Source of the DNA: Eledone cirrhosa
Taxonomy: Eukaryota
NCBI GenBank assembly: GCA_964016885.1
Contig: CAXHJY010000353.1
Span: forward strand, 66,626 to 130,625
Direction: 5' to 3'
Length of the DNA: 64,000 bases
Part shown: positions 54,364 through 64,000 of the stretch, one piece after another
How positions within the stretch are numbered: the stretch's first letter is position 1
How the letters are laid out: every line of letters starts with the position of its first letter
Translations under genes and position numbers: made by a program
Notes under the pieces: model-generated
Seen by the model: the letters and a program-made list of their open reading frames with translations, nothing else
Told to the model about the DNA's origin: nothing
The model's database searches: none

Positions 54364-56142
54364 ATGGCAAAAAGTACAAGACTCCTTCGACCAAATCGCA
54401 ATTACAACCGTTGTACACAGTGGAGCTACGAGCTTAACAAAGTATTATATGAAGCATACAAACAATCTGAACCCCAAAAGTTCGGTTTTATGCAAAGGCT
54501 AAAAACTTTATGGAACTCCAAACACCCAGAATTAGACTTTTCTCCAAAGCATTTAAATGAACAGGCAAAACGTATCATTAGATGTAAATTGATACATCTA
54601 ACGGAATCGAGTGATACTACAAATACAGCCCTTGTAGACAACCACCCCACCTCCACTGGCAGACAAAGAGAATGGCCAGCTAAATCTAACAGTGAACAGC
54701 TCACCAACAATTTTGCTGAAATTCATCCCACTTCCACTGAAGAACAACGAGAAAGGTCAGCTGACTCTAGTAGTAATTGTCACCACATCAACAACGAGGC
54801 TGAAATTCATGACTCTACTGAACAAACAGAGCACCAAAAACTTGTGGGCTCCCTACAAGTGATATGGAATGATATGTTTCAAGAGATACACAGCCTTAAT
54901 GTGAGTGACAGACCATACAACACTAGAGTCAGTAAAGAACCCACTAAATTGGAATTGGAAGCGGTGAACGAAATAGCTGGCAATTATCTGAAGGCTATAC
55001 GATCTAAAGGTGTAGAAACGACATTTGAAACGCTTAATGTTTTGTTATATGTTTCAGCTGTCACATTGCTATCATATAACACACATCTAAAACCAAGCAA
55101 TCAAGATACAAACAGAAAGCCTGAACCAGCGTGGGGGCGAAATTTAAAAACCAAAATTTTGTCCCTGAGACGAAGTATCTCACACATCGCAGTCGTTATG
55201 AAATGCAACATAGAGAGCAACTTCACACAGCACCAGGAAGACCTAAAGAAAAAGTTAGAGAGAAGATTTGGAGATACAAAATTTAAAACTTTGAACTCCA
55301 AATTACACCAGTTGAAACAACAACTCACAGCTACAACAGAAAGACTAAAATATAAGTCAACAGCACATAAACGACAAGTGCTAAATAGATTGTTTGCCAG
55401 AGATCCTAAATCAGTTTATCGCAGCTTCGGTGGCAAAAGCTCAATCTCTGTAAATGACACCCCTTCAAAAGAACAGGTTGAGAGCTACTGGAGATCTGTA
55501 TGGGAAACGGATGACGGATTCAACAGACAAGCTAATTGGCTAAAAGAACTGGAACAGGACTACTGCCAACATGTCCAGACAAAACAATATGACATAGATG
55601 GGTCAATACTGGAAACAACTCTACAGAAAATGTCGAATAGGAAATCGCCAGGCCCAGACCTCATTACAGGATACTGGTTGAAGAATTTCACTTTCTATCG
55701 GCAAGATCTCATACGGCTGTTTACAGAAACCATTAAGGGCACACAAGAACTGCCCAGATGGTTATCAACTACCTCTACTCTCCTCATTCCCAAAAATAGC
55801 CAAACCACCCTTGCTAAAAATTACCGCCCAATTGCCTGCCAAAACATCATGTATAAATTATATACTGGGTGCCTTAATCTGTTCTTACAGGATCACTGTG
55901 CTACCAACAACATCATAACACCTGAGCAAGCTGGTGGAAAGAGGGAGGTGTGGGGTTGCATAGATCACCTACTAACTAACAAAATGATTCAGGAAAAAAC
56001 AACAAAGAATCGCAGAAACATGACTGTCGTGTGGCTGGACTATCAAAAAGCATTTGATAGTGTACCTCATGGGTGGATTGTTAAGGCTTTACAGTTAGCT
56101 AAAGTCCCACAACCATTGGTAGCTGCTGGTACACCAGTTTGA
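54364..56142 (+). CDS. Retrotransposon polyprotein, 5' part (N-terminal domain + start of reverse transcriptase)
   Basis: 592 aa ORF. N-terminus WSYELNKVLYEAY..SEP..FMQRLKTLWNSKHP resembles R4/Dong N-termini. RT motifs KSPGPDLITGYWLK, LIPK..NYRPIAC, EQAGG and WLDYQKAFDSVPH. Confidence 0.88.
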   Translation: MAKSTRLLRPNRNYNRCTQWSYELNKVLYEAYKQSEPQKFGFMQRLKTLWNSKHPELDFSPKHLNEQAKRIIRCKLIHLTESSDTTNTALVDNHPTSTGRQREWPAKSNSEQLTNNFAEIHPTSTEEQRERSADSSSNCHHINNEAEIHDSTEQTEHQKLVGSLQVIWNDMFQEIHSLNVSDRPYNTRVSKEPTKLELEAVNEIAGNYLKAIRSKGVETTFETLNVLLYVSAVTLLSYNTHLKPSNQDTNRKPEPAWGRNLKTKILSLRRSISHIAVVMKCNIESNFTQHQEDLKKKLERRFGDTKFKTLNSKLHQLKQQLTATTERLKYKSTAHKRQVLNRLFARDPKSVYRSFGGKSSISVNDTPSKEQVESYWRSVWETDDGFNRQANWLKELEQDYCQHVQTKQYDIDGSILETTLQKMSNRKSPGPDLITGYWLKNFTFYRQDLIRLFTETIKGTQELPRWLSTTSTLLIPKNSQTTLAKNYRPIACQNIMYKLYTGCLNLFLQDHCATNNIITPEQAGGKREVWGCIDHLLTNKMIQEKTTKNRRNMTVVWLDYQKAFDSVPHGWIVKALQLAKVPQPLVAAGTPV

Positions 56143-57851
56143 TCCTTAGAGGTGAGAAGGAGCAGGTTAGGACTGATAAGATACATTACCAGAAGGGCAT
56201 CTTTCAGGGTGATAGCTTGTCAGTGCTACTCTTCGTTCTCTCACTGAATCCACTATCTTACCTACTCAGGAAACAAGGTGGACAAAGAAGTGGGACCAGA
56301 AGTATCTCCCATCTTTTCTTTGTTGATGACCTGAAGTTGTATGGGCCAAATATCAATGACATCAAGAAACAATTGGACTTCATTACACAATTTTCAACCG
56401 ACATCAAAATGAAATTTGGTGAGTCCAAGTGTGCATATTTGGCAGTAAAACGTGGAAGAGCTGTGCCCTCCTCTAGAAATCTAGAGATGAACGGCCTGAC
56501 AATACAACCTCTGCAGTCAGGTGACAACTACAGATATCTTGGACAGGATGAGAATGTCAGATATGATGGACCCATAAATAAGGAGAGAACCAGAACTGAA
56601 TACCTCAGAAGAGTAAAGAAAATATGGTCATCAGAACTGTCAGCATACAACAAATACATTGCCCACAATACTTATGCTGTGCCAATTCTAACGCCAACAT
56701 TTGGCCTACTGAACTGGTCATTGCAAGAACTAAGTGAGATGGATGTTAGAACTCGAAAACTTCTCAGTGTTACTGGGAACTTTAACATCAATGGTGATGT
56801 GGATAGGCTATACTTCTCACGCAAGGAAGGTGGCCGGGGTCTAAAATCAATATTAACAACATATGAGACCCGGATAGTGACACTGAAGCAACACCTTCAA
56901 CAGAGGAAAAAGGTTGGCAACCATCTTGCCCAGGTTTATGACCATGAAAAAAGAAATATCATTAGAATAGCGACTGATCTGGAGGAGAGATATGGAATAA
57001 AGCCTGATATAAATCTCTCACCCAGAGAAATCGGAAGATCCTATTCAATGTTCAAACAAGATAAAAAAATTGACCAATTTACAAAAAAAGTTGTGCATGG
57101 ATACTTGAGGCGTAAAACACAGACCATAGAGGGGATAAACCACTCAAAAAGCCTGGCATGGAGTTCCGACAAGTTTATGACATCACACCTTGAGGGATAT
57201 CTCTATGCAATACAGGAACAAGAACTCCCTACCAAATATCTGCTGCACAAAAGAGGAGGGCCAGCAGCTGACAATAAATGTAGGCTATGTAAAACAAAGA
57301 TCGAGGATGTAAGCCACATTGTTGCCAGCTGCGAAAGAATGTCATCTCGCTACTACCTCCCCATGAGACACGATGGGATAGCTAGAACCATCTGGAACGC
57401 ACTTCGGAAAACAAAATTAACAACAAACGAGGAAGAATATATTGAGACAGATGGCACTAAGGAATACTGGTGGAACCTGAAATTAAAAACTGCCACCAAA
57501 TTAAAGCACAACCGGCCTGATATTGTAGTTTGGGACCACCCATTGAAAACGTGTTCTGTTGTGGAGATCAGCTGCCCACTTGATGTAAACGTTGTCAGAA
57601 AAATACGGGAGAAGGAGGACATCTACGGACCATTGATGAGGAGCTTACAAATCCAGTATCCAAGATACACCTTTAGCTTCATACCCATCATTATTGGTGC
57701 TACGGGTTATATACCAACCCGCTTGGACCAAAGTATGACCGAACTTGGATTTGCGGACAAAAAGCGCAGCTCCCTAATTCATAGTCTACAAATGGCTGCG
57801 ATAGCTGGCACCTTCAAAATATGCAAAATATTCTTGCGATTCAAGGGATGA
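56139..57851 (+). CDS. Retrotransposon polyprotein, 3' part (RT motifs 4-7, CCHC zinc finger, restriction-like endonuclease)
   Basis: [54 protein letters not shown] and [21 protein letters not shown]. Continues the upstream ORF in another frame after a small deletion. Confidence 0.9.
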   Translation: MILRGEKEQVRTDKIHYQKGIFQGDSLSVLLFVLSLNPLSYLLRKQGGQRSGTRSISHLFFVDDLKLYGPNINDIKKQLDFITQFSTDIKMKFGESKCAYLAVKRGRAVPSSRNLEMNGLTIQPLQSGDNYRYLGQDENVRYDGPINKERTRTEYLRRVKKIWSSELSAYNKYIAHNTYAVPILTPTFGLLNWSLQELSEMDVRTRKLLSVTGNFNINGDVDRLYFSRKEGGRGLKSILTTYETRIVTLKQHLQQRKKVGNHLAQVYDHEKRNIIRIATDLEERYGIKPDINLSPREIGRSYSMFKQDKKIDQFTKKVVHGYLRRKTQTIEGINHSKSLAWSSDKFMTSHLEGYLYAIQEQELPTKYLLHKRGGPAADNKCRLCKTKIEDVSHIVASCERMSSRYYLPMRHDGIARTIWNALRKTKLTTNEEEYIETDGTKEYWWNLKLKTATKLKHNRPDIVVWDHPLKTCSVVEISCPLDVNVVRKIREKEDIYGPLMRSLQIQYPRYTFSFIPIIIGATGYIPTRLDQSMTELGFADKKRSSLIHSLQMAAIAGTFKICKIFLRFKG

Positions 57852-57932
57852 CAATTTCTTTTCTTTTACAACCTTGCCACCAGGAAGGTGGCCGGTCAAA
57901 AAAATATACTCGAAATTAAGAGAAAGAGAAAA

Positions 57933-57949
57933 CATATATATATACATAC

Positions 57950-57980
<31 letters not shown>

Positions 57981-59081
57981 CATACATATATATATACATA
58001 CATATATATATACATACATATATGCATACATATATATATACATACATATATGCAGACATATATAGATACATACATATATGCATACATATATACATACATA
58101 TATATATATACATACATATATGCATACATATATACATACATATATATATATACATACATATATATATATACATACATATATATATATACATACATATATA
58201 TATATACATACATATATATATATATAGCATACATATATATATACATACATATATATATATAGTTACATATATATATTATATATACATACATAATATATAG
58301 TTACATACATATATATATATATACATACATATATATATATATACATACATATATATATACATACATTATATATATATATACAGACATACATATATATATA
58401 TATACAGACCTACATATATACATACATATATATATATACAGACATACATATATACATACATATATATATATACAGACATACATATATACATACATATATA
58501 TATATATACAGACATACATATATACATACATACATATATACATACATATTATAGTATACATACATATATAGATACATACATATATATATACATACATATA
58601 TATATACATATATATATACATATATACATACATATATGCATACATATATATATACATACATATATATATATATACATATATATATACATACATACATACA
58701 TATATATACATATATATATATATACATATATATATACATACATATATATATACATATATATATATATACATATATATATACATACATATATATATACATA
58801 CATATATATATATACATATATATATATACATATATATATATACATATATATATACATACATACATATATATATATATACATATATATATACATACATATA
58901 TACATACATACATATATATATATGCATATATATATACATACATATATATATACATACATATATATATATACATACATATATATATACATACATATATATA
59001 TATATACATATATATATATACATACATACATATATATACATATATATATACATACATACATATATAAATATATATACATAC

Positions 59082-59118
<37 letters not shown>

Positions 59119-59156
59119 CATATATACATACATATATATATATATACATATATACT

Positions 59157-59188
<32 letters not shown>

Positions 59189-59638
59189 CATATATATATA
59201 CATATATATATACATACATATATATATACATATATATATACATACATACATATATATATATACATATATATATACATACATATATATATACATATATATA
59301 TACATACATATATATATACATACATACATATATATATACATATATATATACATACATACATATATATATACATATATATATACGATACATATATATATAC
59401 ATACATACATATATATATACATATATATATACATACATACATATATATATACATACATACATATATATATACATATATATATACATACATACATATATAT
59501 ATACATATATATATACATACATACATATATATATACATATATATATACATACATACATATATATATACATATATATATACATACATACATATATATATAC
59601 ATATATATATACATACATACATATATATACATATATAT

Positions 59639-59699
<61 letters not shown>

Positions 59700-59722
59700 C
59701 ATACATATATATACATATATAT

Positions 59723-59791
<69 letters not shown>

Positions 59792-59900
59792 CATACATAT
59801 ATACATATATATATACATACATACATATATATATATATATACATACATACATATATACATATATATATACATACATACATATATACATATATATATACAT

Positions 59901-59953
<53 letters not shown>

Positions 59954-59978
59954 CATACATACATATATACATATATAT

Positions 59979-60011
<33 letters not shown>

Positions 60012-60118
60012 CATACATACATATATACATATATATATACATACATACATATATACATATATATATACATACATACATATATATATACATACATACATAT
60101 ATATATACATATATATAT

Positions 60119-60149
<31 letters not shown>

Positions 60150-60463
60150 CATACCTACATATATATATATACATATATATATTTACATATATATATATAC
60201 ATATATATATACATACATATATACATATATATATACATACATACATACATATATATATATACATACATATATATATATACATACATATATACATATATAT
60301 ATACATATATATATACATACATACATACATATATACATATACATACATATATATATATACATACATATATACATATATATATACATACATACATATATAT
60401 ATATACATACATATATATATACATACATACATATATATATATACATACATATATATATATACA

Positions 60464-60499
<36 letters not shown>

Positions 60500-60598
60500 C
60501 ATACATATATACATACATACATACATACATATATATATATATATACATACATACATATATATATATATACATACATACATATATATATATATACATAC

Positions 60599-60657
<59 letters not shown>

Positions 60658-60663
60658 CATACA

Positions 60664-60734
<71 letters not shown>

Positions 60735-60774
60735 ATACATATATATATATATATATACATACATATATATATAT

Positions 60775-60813
<39 letters not shown>

Positions 60814-60814
60814 C

Positions 60815-60845
<31 letters not shown>

Positions 60846-61160
60846 CATATATATATACATATATATATATACATATATATATATACATATATATATATAC
60901 ATATATATATATACATATATATATACATACATATATATATACATATATATATACATACATATATATATATACATATATATATACATACATATATATATAC
61001 ATACATATATGCATACATATATACATACATATATATATATACATACATATATGCATACATATATACATACATATATATATATACATACATATATATATAT
61101 ACATACATATATATATATACATACATATATATATATATACATACATATATATATACATAC

Positions 61161-61195
<35 letters not shown>

Positions 61196-61994
61196 CATAC
61201 ATATATATATATATACATACATATATATATATATACATACATATATATATATATACATACATATATATATATATACATACATATATATATATATACAGAC
61301 ATACATATATATATATACAGACCTACATATATACATACATATATATATATACAGACATACATATATACATACATATATATATATACAGACATACATATAT
61401 ACATACATATATATATATATACAGACATACATATATACATACATACATATATACATACATATATATATACATACATATATATATACATACATATATATAT
61501 ACATACATATATATATACATATATATATACATATATACATACATATATGCATACATATATATATACATACATATATATATATATATACATATATATATAC
61601 ATACATACATACATATATATACATATATATATATATACATATATATATACATACATATATATATACATATATATATATATACATATATATATACATACAT
61701 ATATATATACATACATATATATATATACATATATATATATACATATATATATATACATATATATATACATACATACATATATATATATATACATATATAT
61801 ATACATACATATATACATACATACATATATATATATGCATATATATATACATACATATATATATACATACATATATATATATACATACATATATATATAC
61901 ATACATATATATATATATACATATATATATATACATACATACATATATATACATATATATATACATACATACATATATAAATATATATACATAC

Positions 61995-62029
<35 letters not shown>

Positions 62030-62067
62030 CATATATACATACATATATATATATATACATATATACT

Positions 62068-62099
<32 letters not shown>

Positions 62100-62548
62100 C
62101 ATATATATATACATATATATATACATACATATATATATACATATATATATACATACATACATATATATATATACATATATATATACATACATATATATAT
62201 ACATATATATATACATACATATATATATACATACATACATATATATATACATATATATATACATACATACATATATATATACATATATATATACATACAT
62301 ATATATATACATACATACATATATATATACATATATATATACATACATACATATATATATACATACATACATATATATATACATATATATATACATACAT
62401 ACATATATATATACATATATATATACATACATACATATATATATACATATATATATACATACATACATATATATATACATATATATATACATACATACAT
62501 ATATATATACATATATATATACATACATACATATATATACATATATAT

Positions 62549-62607
<59 letters not shown>

Positions 62608-62630
62608 CATACATATATATACATATATAT

Positions 62631-62701
<71 letters not shown>

Positions 62702-62804
62702 CATACATATATACATATATATATACATACATACATATATATATATATATACATACATACATATATACATATATATATACATACATACATATATACATAT
62801 ATAT

Positions 62805-62857
<53 letters not shown>

Positions 62858-62882
62858 CATACATACATATATACATATATAT

Positions 62883-62917
<35 letters not shown>

Positions 62918-63199
62918 CATACATACATATATACATATATATATACATACATACATATATACATATATATATACATACATACATATATATATACATACAT
63001 ACATATATATATACATATATATATACATATATATATACATATATATATACATACATACATACATATATACATATACATACATATATATATATACATACAT
63101 ATATACATATATATATACATACATACATATATATATATACATACATATATATATATACATACATACATATATATATATACATACATATATATATATACA

Positions 63200-63235
<36 letters not shown>

Positions 63236-63314
63236 CATACATATATACATACATACATACATACATATATATATATATATACATACATACATATATATAT
63301 ATATACATACATAC

Positions 63315-63400
<86 letters not shown>

Positions 63401-63405
63401 ATACA

Positions 63406-63476
<71 letters not shown>

Positions 63477-63516
63477 ATACATATATATATATATATATAC
63501 ATACATATATATATAT

Positions 63517-63559
<43 letters not shown>

Positions 63560-63592
63560 CATATATATATATATATATACATATATATATAC

Positions 63593-63643
<51 letters not shown>

Positions 63644-63817
63644 CATATATATATATACATATATATATATACATATATATACATACATATATATATATAC
63701 ATATATATATACATACATATATATATATACATATATATATACATACATATATATATATACAATATATATACATACATATATATATATACATATATATACA
63801 TACATATATATATATAC

Positions 63818-63857
<40 letters not shown>

Positions 63858-64000
63858 ACATATATATACATACATATATATATATATATACATATATATA
63901 TACATATATATATACATATATATATACATATATATATATACATATATATATACACATATATATATACATATATATATATACATATATATATATACATATA
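57933..64000. repeat. >6 kb (TA)n/(TACA)n microsatellite with ~2.9 kb higher-order repeat
   Basis: Rare variant words recur at a ~2.91 kb offset (see findings). Confidence 0.93.

Larger units (their letters stand above)
53754..57932 (+). mobile_element. Near-full-length R4/Dong-clade non-LTR retrotransposon (RLE type) inserted in TA/TACA microsatellite
   Basis: About 610 bp 5' UTR, split ORF 54364-57851 with RT, CCHC finger and RLE endonuclease, and a short 3' UTR with hairpin GCCACC-aggaa-GGTGGC ending AGAGAAAGAGAAAA. Microsatellite directly on both sides; no obvious TSD or poly(A). Confidence 0.9.

Noticed and set aside
56123-56145. Programmed ribosomal frameshift or two-ORF organisation
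   Set aside because: No slippery heptamer; conserved RT residues are missing, which is better explained by a deletion.
57933-64000. Very long ORFs (up to 1806 aa) of Y/I/M/C/V
   Set aside because: Translations of TA/TACA microsatellite, which lacks stop codons in all frames; the same applies to most ORFs in the track.

Overview
Very AT-rich eukaryotic (metazoan) genomic DNA, either intronic or intergenic. The repeat families resemble those of octopus/cephalopod genomes; this is an inference from recognised SINE sequences, not a search result. Roughly half of the window is (TA)n/(TACA)n/(CA)n/(GA)n microsatellite, and almost all ORFs in the supplied track are artefacts of these repeats. No host gene can be confidently called. 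The only long real coding region is a near-full-length R4/Dong-clade non-LTR retrotransposon (about 53754-57932; N-terminal domain, RT, CCHC finger, RHD motif, PD-(D/E)xK endonuclease). It is broken by one small frameshifting deletion and embedded in microsatellite. Also present: more than 20 copies of one tRNA-derived SINE, other SINEs, fragments of RTE, CR1, CRE and Penelope (GIY-YIG) retroelements, a mariner-like remnant, piggyBac-type and Tc1/mariner-type MITEs, and a Helitron-like element. The most striking unannotated signal is a dense set of type-I hammerhead ribozyme motifs: about 10 that fold well by eye plus several degenerate or atypical ones, from several unrelated sequence families. 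They sit in short non-coding elements inserted in (TA)n tracts, often as fold-back inverted repeats, and probably represent non-autonomous Penelope-like/retrozyme-type elements. All folds and coordinates were read by eye, and element boundaries are approximate (about +/-10 bp).
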